Shown: positions 38,883 through 47,422, counted from the stretch's first letter. The stretch: DNA of 64,000 bases from Candidatus Taylorbacteria bacterium RIFCSPHIGHO2_02_FULL_46_13 (GCA_001821015.1 MHRQ01000020.1:44977-108976); one strand, 5' to 3'. Numbers and translations are program-made. The notes: generated by a model not told the origin, from the letters alone.

Positions 38883-38906
38883 ACGAAGGTTGAACCTTCG
38901 TTTTTA
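38883..38906 (+). terminator. Rho-independent terminator (ACGAAGGTT-GA-ACCTTCGT + TTTTTAT)
   Basis: Perfect 8-9 bp stem followed by T-tract, 35 nt after stop of 36585..38849. Confidence 0.65.
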
Positions 38907-39154
38907 TGGTTTAGGGTACAGGGGAGAGGGTAGAGCATGGTGTTAATAGGCGCGCATTCGGTGAGCGCATTTCCAAGCTATTGAACCATAACGATTCATT
39001 TGACTTTATTAAGCATATATGCTAAGCTCTCCAGTGTGAGTGCTAGCCGACGCTAGCCCTAACGAATGTCTGCGAAAAACCCAGCGAAAGCGGGGTTTTT
39101 CGTTTCTGTTTTTAGCCTTTCTGCTATACTATAAGTTGCAACCCAAACAAATTT

Positions 39155-39242
39155 TATTGCCTAGCGAGTGAGCGAAGAGAAAAAGTATACTCTTTTTCTC
39201 TCCCGAGCGAGCGACGGCAACAAAGGGTTTAATACCCTTTAA
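39155..39242. repeat. Hairpin repeat family, copy D (short form)
   Basis: TTATTGCCTAGCGAGTGAGCGAAGAGAAAAAGTATACTCTTTTTCTCTCCCGAGCGAGCGACGGCAACAAAGGGTTTAATACCCTTTAAT. Confidence 0.85.
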
Positions 39243-39268
39243 TCAAAATTTGAAAACGGGTACATTGC

Positions 39269-39343
39269 GCCAAACTATGGCCGGCGGTTGCACTCATATA
39301 AGACATTAGTTTTAGGAGCTGGCCCCGCCGGCCATAGTTTGGC
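39269..39343. repeat. Perfect 19-bp inverted repeat (GCCAAACTATGGCCGGCGG ... CCGCCGGCCATAGTTTGGC) with 37-nt loop, 20 nt upstream of murB
   Basis: Read directly; arms at 39269..39287 and 39325..39343. Confidence 0.9.
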
Positions 39344-39362
39344 GGAATAGCCTTGTATCCCA

Positions 39363-40382
39363 ATGACCGTTGAAGAAAACGTCTCGTTAGCATCTTTAAC
39401 TACCTTTAAAATTGGCGGCCCAGCACGCTATTTTTGTCGTGTACAATCGTTACCTGATCTTAAAGAGGCTGTAGCATTTGGCAAAAAGAACCGTTTGCCG
39501 TTCCTTATACTTGGTGGAGGTTCAAATATCCTGTTGCCTGATAACGGATTTCCCGGGCTTGTAGTTAAAATAGATATTCTTGGTCTTGAATTTAAAGAAG
39601 AAATGAAGATTTTGGAAGTTGTCGCAGGTGCGGGAGAAATTTGGGACGATCTGGTCGCGCTTTCTGTCCAGAAAGATTTATGGGGGATGGAAAACCTTTC
39701 AGGTATTCCAGGCACAGTCGGTGGCGCACCTGTCCAAAATATTGGTGCCTACGGAATGGAGCTTGCGAAGCTTGTGGAGTGGGTAGAAGTGTATGATTCT
39801 AAAACAGGTAAGGTTCGTCAGCTTTCCGTGCGTGAGTGTAAGTTTGGATATCGCGACAGTCTTTTTAAAAAGCCTGAAGGTAAGCATTTGATTGTTGTAC
39901 GAGTAGCATTTTCTCTTTCAAAAACTGCTCGCCCAGAACTTTCCTATAAAGATCTTAAGGAATTTTTCAAAAAAAAGAATAAAGATCCAAATCTTGCTGA
40001 AATTCGCTCGGCGGTGCTTTCTATTAGAAGCAAGAAATTTCCCGACCTGACCCGTGTTGGCACGGCTGGTTCCTTTTTTAAGAACCCCGTAGTTAGCCAA
40101 TCTGTATATGAGAAATTACAAAGCGAACATCCAGATTTACCAGGATTCCCGACAGGCAAAGGGCACGTTAAACTTTCGCTTGCGTGGATCATTGACCATA
40201 TCTGCAAGTTTAAAAATCTCCGTGTTGGCGATGCGATTGTGTCAGAGAAGCAAGCGCTCGTGATCTGTAATGATGGTCATGCGCGAGCCGAAGATGTAAC
40301 CGCACTTGCGAAAAGTATTTTTCATGCAGTAAAGAACGCGACCGGAATTGAAATTGAGCCAGAGGTTCGATTATTTTTTTAG
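39363..40382 (+). CDS. murB: UDP-N-acetylenolpyruvoylglucosamine reductase
   Basis: LTTFKIGGPARYF..., FLILGGGSNIL, FAD-binding and C-terminal MurB patterns. Confidence 0.85.
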   Translation: MTVEENVSLASLTTFKIGGPARYFCRVQSLPDLKEAVAFGKKNRLPFLILGGGSNILLPDNGFPGLVVKIDILGLEFKEEMKILEVVAGAGEIWDDLVALSVQKDLWGMENLSGIPGTVGGAPVQNIGAYGMELAKLVEWVEVYDSKTGKVRQLSVRECKFGYRDSLFKKPEGKHLIVVRVAFSLSKTARPELSYKDLKEFFKKKNKDPNLAEIRSAVLSIRSKKFPDLTRVGTAGSFFKNPVVSQSVYEKLQSEHPDLPGFPTGKGHVKLSLAWIIDHICKFKNLRVGDAIVSEKQALVICNDGHARAEDVTALAKSIFHAVKNATGIEIEPEVRLFF

Positions 40383-40606
40383 CCTATCTTGATGAAATAT
40401 TTTTTCTCTCAAGAAAGTTGTCCACAGTTTAGCTACAGAAAATATTGTATTTCAATTTGTAGGCCTCATAATGATATATAGGTTAACGCGATAATTTTCT
40501 CTGGGAAATTCTCTGGACTCTCGGTCGGTAGGTTATCGCTCTTTATTATTCGTTTGTAAGATGTACGCGTTTTGCATTTGTATGCATAACACGCTCCAAA
40601 ATCACT

Positions 40607-40687
40607 ATGGCTAAAAAAAGAAAAGCTAAAAAAGCAAAAAAGGCAAAGAAATCAAAGAAGCGAAAATCTTCTAAGCGCCGCAGGTAA
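40607..40687 (+). CDS. Very small Lys/Arg-rich ORF (MAKKRKAKKAKKAKKSKKRKSSKRRR); possibly spurious or a leader/basic peptide
   Basis: 26 codons in an A-rich stretch with no clear RBS, followed by a terminator hairpin. Confidence 0.25.
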   Translation: MAKKRKAKKAKKAKKSKKRKSSKRRR

Positions 40688-40695
40688 AGCGGACA

Positions 40696-40728
40696 AAAAG
40701 AAACCTCTACAAAGGTTTCTTTTTTTGT
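40696..40728 (+). terminator. Rho-independent terminator (AAAGAAACCT-CTACAA-AGGTTTCTTT + T-tract)
   Basis: Stem-loop plus TTTTTTTG immediately upstream of secA start. Confidence 0.6.
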
Positions 40729-40745
40729 GTTATTATACCCAGTCT

Positions 40746-43250
40746 ATGTCGCTATTGACCCGTATTTTCGGAGATGAGAACGCAAAAACGGTAGGGAAAT
40801 TCCAGCCCACAGTTGTGGCAATTAATGCACTTGAGCCTGACTTTGTTAAGCTCTCCGATGACCAGCTGAAAGCAAAGACGGATGAATTTAAAAAACGTCT
40901 CGTGTCAGGCGAGATGCTTGACTCGTTTCTCCCCGAAGCTTTTGCCGTAGTGCGTGAAGCCGCGAAGCGCACACTTAAACAACGGCACTTTGACGTACAG
41001 TTGGTTGGAGGAATGGTGTTGCACTATGGAAATATTGCCGAAATGAGGACCGGAGAAGGAAAGACGCTTGTGGCAACACTGCCTGCCTACCTTAACGCGC
41101 TTCTAGGTAAAGGAGTGCATGTAGTTACGGTCAACGACTACCTCTCACGTCGCGATGCGGTGTGGATGGGGCAAATTTACAATACGCTCGGACTTTCGGT
41201 TGGCGTACTCACGCATGATACGTCGTATCGCTATGACCCGGCGCACAAAGAACTTGATGAAAAACGTGATGAAGTTGCTTCGTTCCACGTTGTCTATGAG
41301 TTTTTGCGCCCCACGACGCGGCGCGAGGCCTATGAGGCTGACATCACGTATGGCACCAACAATGAGTTTGGTTTTGACTATTTAAGAGACAATCTTGAGT
41401 ATGAAGTAAAAGACCTTCGTCAGCGGCCATTTCACTATGCAGTGGTGGACGAAATTGACTCTATTTTAATTGACGAAGCGCGAACGCCCTTAATTATTTC
41501 AGCGATGACCTCTGAATCGGAGGATTTATACAGGACGTTTGCGGGTATTGTTAAAGATTTCCAAGACGGAGATGATTATGAAATAGACAAAAAATTAAAG
41601 GCCGTTACGCTCACTGACGCGGGTATTTCTAAAGCCGAGAAGAAGCTTGGGATAGAAAATATTTACACGGATGCTGGTATTAAATCTGTGCATCATTTAG
41701 AGACGGCGGTGAGGGCGAAGGCGCTGTTTCATAAAGATAAAGAGTATGTGGTACGAAATGGAGAAGTTGCTATCGTAGATGAGTTCACGGGGCGTCTGCA
41801 ACCGGGACGACGCTGGTCAGAGGGTTTGCATCAAGCGATTGAGGCGAAAGAAGGTGTAACGGTTCAGAAAGAATCTCGCACATTCGCGTCCATTACATTT
41901 CAAAATTATTTCAGGCTCTACAAAAAGCTTTCTGGTATGACCGGTACGGCGCTCACTTCTAAAGAAGAATTCTTCAAAGTGTACGGGCTGGATGTCGTCG
42001 CCATACCCACGAACACTCCTATGATCCGCGCCGACAAAAACGACCTCATTTTTCAGAGTGAAAAAGGGAAGTTTACGGCCGTGGCGCGTAAAATTAAAGA
42101 GCTCAATCAAAAGGGCCAGCCAGTTCTTGTTGGTACTGTTTCTATTGAGAAAAATGAGGTTTTGTCAGGCTATTTGACGCGTGAAGGGGTCGCGCATGAG
42201 GTTTTGAATGCTAAAAACCACGAACGTGAAGGAGAAATTATCGCGCAAGCGGGGCGAAAAGGAGCGGTAACCATAGCGACTAACCTCGCAGGACGAGGCG
42301 TTGATATAAAACTGGGAGGAAATCCATCTTCAGCTGAGGATCATGAAAAAGTAAAGCAAGCCGGAGGATTATTCGTGCTTGGCACAGAACGCCATGAAGC
42401 ACGTCGCATTGACAATCAGTTGCGCGGTCGCTCGGGCCGACAGGGTGACCCCGGCGAGACACAGTTTTTTGTTTCACTTGAAGATGAGCTGATGCGTGTG
42501 TTTCCCCGCGATATGATGATAAAGATGATGGGACGCTTAGGTGTTGCTGAAGATGAGCCGATTGAAAACCGCATGATCACACGTTCTATTGAGACCGCGC
42601 AGACGAAGATTGAAGGGTTTCATTTTGATGCGCGCAAACACGTGCTGGAATACGACGATGTCATGAATCATCAGAGAAAAATCGTATACGAACGCCGGCG
42701 TGCGGTTTTAATAGGCGATACCACTGCAATAGATGCGTACCTCGCAAATATTGCCGGTGGAGATGAGGCGGCCCAGAAAGCGATTGCCGATAAAAAGAAA
42801 GAATTGGGAGATACAGAGTTTTACACCGTCATGCGGCGTGTGATTTTGCAGGCGATAGATATGCTTTGGGTGGACCACTTGGAAATGATGGACTACATGC
42901 GCGGCAGTGTGAACTTGCGTGCCTACGGCCAGCGCGACCCGCTCGTGGAGTATAAAAGGGAAGGTTTAAAATTGTTCAAAGAAATGGAAGCGACGATCGG
43001 AGGGCAGATTTTGAGTGTCATTCCCAAAATTGTTCCAGGGGCATTTGCCACCAGAGACAAAGAAATGGAGCAGGTGCGCAAGCGCGCAGCCGAGATAACG
43101 TCTCGCACTACGGGCATAGTTGTTGGTGATAAGAAAAAAGAAATCGGTCGCAACGACCCATGTCCGTGCGGAGCGATTAATCCACAAACGAATCGGCCTT
43201 ATAAATATAAGCAGTGTGGTCTCATCAATGCTCCTCATCACAAGAAATAG
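40746..43250 (+). CDS. secA: Preprotein translocase ATPase SecA
   Basis: MSLLTRIFGDENAKTV..., Walker A MRTGEGKT, DEAD-like motifs, C-terminal Cys-rich zinc-binding tail (CPCGA...KYKQCG). Start placed at the Met after the terminator; track ORF begins 40725. Confidence 0.9.
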   Translation: MSLLTRIFGDENAKTVGKFQPTVVAINALEPDFVKLSDDQLKAKTDEFKKRLVSGEMLDSFLPEAFAVVREAAKRTLKQRHFDVQLVGGMVLHYGNIAEMRTGEGKTLVATLPAYLNALLGKGVHVVTVNDYLSRRDAVWMGQIYNTLGLSVGVLTHDTSYRYDPAHKELDEKRDEVASFHVVYEFLRPTTRREAYEADITYGTNNEFGFDYLRDNLEYEVKDLRQRPFHYAVVDEIDSILIDEARTPLIISAMTSESEDLYRTFAGIVKDFQDGDDYEIDKKLKAVTLTDAGISKAEKKLGIENIYTDAGIKSVHHLETAVRAKALFHKDKEYVVRNGEVAIVDEFTGRLQPGRRWSEGLHQAIEAKEGVTVQKESRTFASITFQNYFRLYKKLSGMTGTALTSKEEFFKVYGLDVVAIPTNTPMIRADKNDLIFQSEKGKFTAVARKIKELNQKGQPVLVGTVSIEKNEVLSGYLTREGVAHEVLNAKNHEREGEIIAQAGRKGAVTIATNLAGRGVDIKLGGNPSSAEDHEKVKQAGGLFVLGTERHEARRIDNQLRGRSGRQGDPGETQFFVSLEDELMRVFPRDMMIKMMGRLGVAEDEPIENRMITRSIETAQTKIEGFHFDARKHVLEYDDVMNHQRKIVYERRRAVLIGDTTAIDAYLANIAGGDEAAQKAIADKKKELGDTEFYTVMRRVILQAIDMLWVDHLEMMDYMRGSVNLRAYGQRDPLVEYKREGLKLFKEMEATIGGQILSVIPKIVPGAFATRDKEMEQVRKRAAEITSRTTGIVVGDKKKEIGRNDPCPCGAINPQTNRPYKYKQCGLINAPHHKK

Positions 43251-43345
43251 AGCACAGTCCAGCTCCAATATCCTTTGGGGGTGTGGTGGTTCTGGAAAGA
43301 AATATAAAAAATGTGGAATGCCCAATACGAAGAGTACTCGGATGG

Positions 43346-43732
43346 ATGGATTCAGTCGCTGACACCCCTCAAGAGCCCGCCGAAACAATGTCGCATGACA
43401 TCTTTCCATGTGTCGCATACAACGGCGACGTCGTGCTATTGTCCCCGGAGTTTCTCTTGTCAGAAACAGGTTCCTACCGGACTTTTGCGGTAGGAAATGT
43501 GCTTCGTGAGTCACTGAAACAGATCATCAATCGCGGAAAAAACAGTACCTACGTCTCTGACTTTACGGAAGGTGTCAGGGAATGTGCCGTAACGTGTGAT
43601 TATTTCGATTGCTGTCGCGGCGGGCAAGCGAGCAATAAGTTTTTTGAGCTTGGTACCACTAAAGGAACGGAAACTACGTACTGCAAAAATTCCGAGCAAC
43701 GACTTGTCAGGGCAATACTCAACAACATCTGA
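43346..43732 (+). CDS. Cys-rich ORF resembling only the C-terminal SPASM/twitch tail of radical SAM maturases; possible gene remnant or stand-alone domain
   Basis: FPCVAYNGDVVLLSPEF...RTFAVGNVLRESLKQIIN...ECAVTCDYFDCCRGG parallels the C-terminal (...GN..e.sl.eiw...C..C.....C.GG) end of SPASM proteins. No CxxxCxxC core. Track ORF starts 43214 inside secA. Confidence 0.3.
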   Translation: MDSVADTPQEPAETMSHDIFPCVAYNGDVVLLSPEFLLSETGSYRTFAVGNVLRESLKQIINRGKNSTYVSDFTEGVRECAVTCDYFDCCRGGQASNKFFELGTTKGTETTYCKNSEQRLVRAILNNI

Positions 43733-43753
43733 TATAGAAAGGAGGTGAGACAC

Positions 43754-43924
43754 ATGAATAGCGTAGTAACGGAAGTGCAGAGCAAGAAATCAAAAATACG
43801 AGAAGCTTTGCAACGAACAGCCAGTGCGCCTAATCCCGGCGCTGTGGTTGCGGGCCAGGTACAAACCTCGGTCACCAACTTCAAAAAGGGATGGAACAAG
43901 GGTTGGGGTAAACACGGAAGGTAA
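43754..43924 (+). CDS. Small ORF (56 aa, MNSVVTEVQSKKSKIREALQRTASAPNPGAVVAGQVQTSVTNFKKGWNKGWGKHGR) with strong Shine-Dalgarno; candidate small protein/peptide
   Basis: AAAGGAGGTGAGACAC precedes ATG; followed by strong terminator at 43943..43976. Below the ORF-track size cutoff. Confidence 0.4.
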   Translation: MNSVVTEVQSKKSKIREALQRTASAPNPGAVVAGQVQTSVTNFKKGWNKGWGKHGR

Positions 43925-43942
43925 ACGTCCCCGCCCGACACG

Positions 43943-43976
43943 CCGACTAGTAGTCATTTGCTAGTCGGTTTTTTTA
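43943..43976 (+). terminator. Rho-independent terminator (CCGACTAG-loop-CTAGTCGG + T7)
   Basis: 8-bp perfect stem followed by TTTTTTT. Confidence 0.7.
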
Positions 43977-44038
43977 ACACCCATTCTTAGTTCATAGCCT
44001 AAAAATGTTTAGGCTGTTATCATACTTGATACAAGAAC

Positions 44039-44575
44039 ATGCTCATTCCTAGAGCCAAAATAAAAGAATTTTGCCGAGAAAACAGCATTGCAGGAATTGT
44101 TGGTTTTTTTGCGCACCTCTCCAAACATTTTCAGAATTTCAAATCATTCTTAGGGCGTGCAGGTATTTCAACACCAAACCCACCGGTCTCGGTCCTTTTC
44201 CATGGTTCTCAGACACACCTTGATAATCTAGACCCAAGTATCTCCACCGGGGAAGGTAATTTAAATTACGAAAAATCTCTAGTCTATGCGACAGATAATC
44301 CTAACTACGCCGTATTTCTTGCAGTTATTGATCTCGCGGAGGGTAGCAACGCTTCGGTTTTGGTTGAAGATAATAAAACACTCTTGAGCATCGACATTGG
44401 TTTTGTGAATGGACACTCACAGATAAAAGACGGGTATGTCCATGTTGTTGACGGCACACAGTTTAAGCTAAATGACAATGACGAATACGTATCACAACAA
44501 CCCGCTCGAATTCTATTTTCTGTCAAAGTGAAACCGTCTGACCTTACCGAGAAAATCTATTTAAAGATAGACTGA
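44039..44575 (+). CDS. Hypothetical protein
   Basis: 178-aa complete ORF; no recognisable motif. Confidence 0.45.
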   Translation: MLIPRAKIKEFCRENSIAGIVGFFAHLSKHFQNFKSFLGRAGISTPNPPVSVLFHGSQTHLDNLDPSISTGEGNLNYEKSLVYATDNPNYAVFLAVIDLAEGSNASVLVEDNKTLLSIDIGFVNGHSQIKDGYVHVVDGTQFKLNDNDEYVSQQPARILFSVKVKPSDLTEKIYLKID

Positions 44576-44578
44576 ACT

Positions 44579-45034
44579 ATGACCAACTGCATCTTCTGTA
44601 AAATTGCAAAAGGAGAGGCGCCAAGCTATAAGATTTGGGAGAATGAGAAACACCTTGCGTTTCTTTCGATTTTCCCAAACACTGAAGGGTTCTCGGTGGT
44701 AATCACTAGGGAGCACAACCCAAGCTACGCGTTTGATAATCCCGACAAGATACTTTCGGGCTTAGTTTTGGCAGCCAAGAAAGTTGGCAAACTTATTGAT
44801 GAAAAACTTCCCGATGTTGGGAGAACAGGAATGATTCTTGAAGGTTTCGGCGTTGACCATTTACACGCTAAACTATTTCCTATGCACGGAACAGAGAATT
44901 TGAAGGAATGGAAGCCGATTAAATCTAAGGTCGACAAGTTTTTCGAGAAATACGAGGGCTACATCTCATCGCACGATTGGGAACGAGCTGATGATGCAAA
45001 ATTAGCTGAATTAGCAAGGAAAATACGTGAATAA
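44579..45034 (+). CDS. HIT-family (histidine triad) nucleotide hydrolase/transferase
   Basis: MTNCIFCKIAKGE N-terminus and HLHAKLFP histidine-triad variant. Confidence 0.7.
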   Translation: MTNCIFCKIAKGEAPSYKIWENEKHLAFLSIFPNTEGFSVVITREHNPSYAFDNPDKILSGLVLAAKKVGKLIDEKLPDVGRTGMILEGFGVDHLHAKLFPMHGTENLKEWKPIKSKVDKFFEKYEGYISSHDWERADDAKLAELARKIRE

Positions 45035-45036
45035 AA

Positions 45037-45092
45037 TTTTCCCATTAGTACGACATTTCAAGAAGTGCAGAATGTTGAATACCGAAGAGCAT
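45037..45092. repeat. 56-bp direct repeat, copy 1 (immediately upstream of pyrD)
   Basis: TTTTCCCATTAGTACGACATTTCAAGAAGTGCAGAATGTTGAATACCGAAGAGCAT; 53/56 identical to 46264..46319. Confidence 0.9.
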
Positions 45093-45141
45093 CAAAAGCT
45101 CATGACATAAAAAAACTAGAGGGCATGACGACAACGTTTGT

Positions 45142-46275
45142 ATGAAAAACATCCTCTTTGCTTTCAGAGATACCATACTTGCTTTTTGTTACAGGGCATT
45201 CGCACGCCCTATCTTCTTTCGTATAGATCCCGAAGTCGTGCATGACATGACGGTGCGCTTCGGCGCGTTCTTGGGAGAGCGCCGTATCACCCGATGCATC
45301 GTCAGAAGCCTTTTTTCGTACGAGCACCCTATGCTTGAGCAGACGATCCGAGGTGTCCATTTTCAAAACCCTTTGGGACTTGCGGCCGGTTTCGATAAAG
45401 ATGCCTATCTCACGAGTGTAATGGGAGCGGTCGGGTTCGGGTTTGAAGAAATCGGGTCGGTGACTGGGGAAGCTTGCGAGGGTAACCCTAAGCCGCGTCT
45501 CTGGCGCATGCAGAAATCCGAAGGTCTTGTCGTACACTATGGCCTCAAGTCGCAAGGGAGCCAGAAAGTTTCCGAGAGACTTCGTATGAAAACATTCAGC
45601 ATACCGGTGGGCATAAGTATCGCACGAACGAATTCGCAGGATACCATTGAAACTGAGGCGGGGATACAGGATTATCTGAAAGTCTACCAAGCTTTTTCTG
45701 ATAGTGGTGATTATTATACGATCAATATCAGTTGTCCCAATGTCTTTGGTGGCCAACCGTTCACCGACGCCCCCCGGCTTGCGAGGTTGCTCGATGCGAT
45801 AGATGCGTTGCCTAAGAAAAAGCCGATTTTCATAAAACTCTCTCCCGATCTGTCTGAAAAAGAGATTGACGGCATACTCATTGTTGCCTCAACGCATAAG
45901 ATTGACGGGTTTGTATGCACGAATCTTACCAAAGAGCGCAAAGGCAACGAATGTATCCTTGATAAAAACATTCCGAACGAAGGGGGAATGAGCGGGAAAG
46001 TGGTATCTGAAAAATCAGATCGTTTGATTCGGTATATATACCGGAAGTCCCGCGGTGTCTATGATATCATTGGTTGCGGCGGCGTGTTTTCAGCTGACGA
46101 CGCATACCGTAAGATAAAACTCGGAGCATCGCTCATCGAGCTTATAACCGGCATGGTCTACGAGGGTCCCCAAGTCATAAGCGAGATTAACCGAGGTTTG
46201 GTTCGATTGCTAGTAAAAGACGGGTATCGTCATATTTCGGAGGCGGTTGGTGTGGAGAATCGGTTTTCCCATTAG
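45142..46275 (+). CDS. pyrD: Dihydroorotate dehydrogenase, class 2 (quinone-type)
   Basis: GLAAGFDKDA, FGFEEIGSVT, NISCPN, and C-terminal glycine-rich FMN-binding region. Confidence 0.85.
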   Translation: MKNILFAFRDTILAFCYRAFARPIFFRIDPEVVHDMTVRFGAFLGERRITRCIVRSLFSYEHPMLEQTIRGVHFQNPLGLAAGFDKDAYLTSVMGAVGFGFEEIGSVTGEACEGNPKPRLWRMQKSEGLVVHYGLKSQGSQKVSERLRMKTFSIPVGISIARTNSQDTIETEAGIQDYLKVYQAFSDSGDYYTINISCPNVFGGQPFTDAPRLARLLDAIDALPKKKPIFIKLSPDLSEKEIDGILIVASTHKIDGFVCTNLTKERKGNECILDKNIPNEGGMSGKVVSEKSDRLIRYIYRKSRGVYDIIGCGGVFSADDAYRKIKLGASLIELITGMVYEGPQVISEINRGLVRLLVKDGYRHISEAVGVENRFSH

Positions 46276-46319
46276 TACGACATTTCAAGAAGTGCGGAAT
46301 GTTGAATATAGAAGAGCAT
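46264..46319. repeat. 56-bp direct repeat, copy 2 (overlaps pyrD stop codon)
   Basis: TTTTCCCATTAGTACGACATTTCAAGAAGTGCGGAATGTTGAATATAGAAGAGCAT. Confidence 0.9.
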
Positions 46320-46385
46320 TTTGGATTTAAGAAGAAATCGTTGGAACTTTAAATAATACCATTTGGATAACATCTTAAGGGCACT

Positions 46386-46820
46386 ATGGAAGATAAGAAA
46401 GATAACCTAACTAAGTATGACCTTCATAAAGTTGGGGGTATATTGCTAAAGGAGAGAAAGCTTCTTATATGCAGAACAAAAGGGAAAAAGTCTTTTATTG
46501 CACCTGGAGGAAAATTGAAGAAAGGAGAAGGTGTTATACAGGCATTACAGAGAGAATTAAAAGAAGAGTTGAGTATATCGGTTCTTGACAGTGATATATC
46601 AGAATTCGGAGTATTTTATGCTCCTGCGGCAGAAGATGAAAAAAATATATTACGAATGGATGTATTTTTGGTAAAGAGATGGGAGGGGGCACTTAAGCCG
46701 AGTAGTGAAATAGATGAAATCGCTTGGATTAGTACTAACTTTCCTGAAACCATGAGTATCGGGTCCATCTTCGAGCATCAGGTAATTCCTCGGCTTAAAC
46801 AACGGGGGATGATAGATTAG
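46386..46820 (+). CDS. NUDIX hydrolase (MutT-like)
   Basis: Nudix box GGKLKKGEGVIQALQRELKEELS. Confidence 0.7.
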   Translation: MEDKKDNLTKYDLHKVGGILLKERKLLICRTKGKKSFIAPGGKLKKGEGVIQALQRELKEELSISVLDSDISEFGVFYAPAAEDEKNILRMDVFLVKRWEGALKPSSEIDEIAWISTNFPETMSIGSIFEHQVIPRLKQRGMID

Positions 46821-46855
46821 TTTAGTAGTGCAGAGAAACATAAAAAGTACCAAGT

Positions 46856-47422
46856 ATGAAAATTATTTTGGGTTCAGCATCGAAGTGGCGCAAAGGGGTA
46901 ATTGATACGATGGGATTTGAGTATGAAGTTATGTCACCTGATATAGATGAAAAGGCGATACGACTTCGTGACCCTGATAAGCTCGTTTTAGCGCTGGCAG
47001 AGGCGAAGGCTAAGGCGCTTCTTACCAAAGTAAAAGAACCTGCGCTTATAATTACTGGCGATCAAGTGGTTGTCTGGAACGGACAAATTCGTGAGAAACC
47101 ACAAAATGAAAAGGAAGCCGGGTATTTTCTGGAATCTTATTGCGAGCACCCTGCAGAAACTCATAGCGCGGTCATGGTTACTAATACCGCAAACGGTAAA
47201 CATGCGATGGGCGTGGATGTGGCACGTGTCTACTTCAAAAATATACCAAAAGAAATAATAGATGAGGTTGTCAAAAAGGGTGCGATTTACACTACTGCAG
47301 GTGGAATCCAGATGGAAGACGCGCTTCTTGCTCCTTATATAGAGAGAATTGACGGAACCGTTGATAGCCTAAAAGGTTTGCCCAAAGCGTTGCTTACTAA
47401 GCTCATGGAGGAAGTAAAATGA
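46856..47422 (+). CDS. maf: Maf-family nucleoside triphosphate pyrophosphatase
   Basis: MKIILGSASKWRKGVIDTMGFEYEVMSPDIDEK..., LALAEAKAKAL. Confidence 0.75.
   Translation: MKIILGSASKWRKGVIDTMGFEYEVMSPDIDEKAIRLRDPDKLVLALAEAKAKALLTKVKEPALIITGDQVVVWNGQIREKPQNEKEAGYFLESYCEHPAETHSAVMVTNTANGKHAMGVDVARVYFKNIPKEIIDEVVKKGAIYTTAGGIQMEDALLAPYIERIDGTVDSLKGLPKALLTKLMEEVK

Noticed and set aside
19872-39242. Possible CRISPR array (repeated ~90-bp elements)
   Set aside because: Copies are 4-12 kb apart and irregularly spaced. They are long (90-160 bp), internally palindromic and variable in length, and no cas genes are present. They look like dispersed hairpin repeats, not a CRISPR.
43214-43345. N-terminal 44 codons of track ORF 43214..43732
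   Set aside because: They overlap the 3-prime end of secA in another frame. The SPASM-like ORF more plausibly starts at an internal Met (43346 or 43388).
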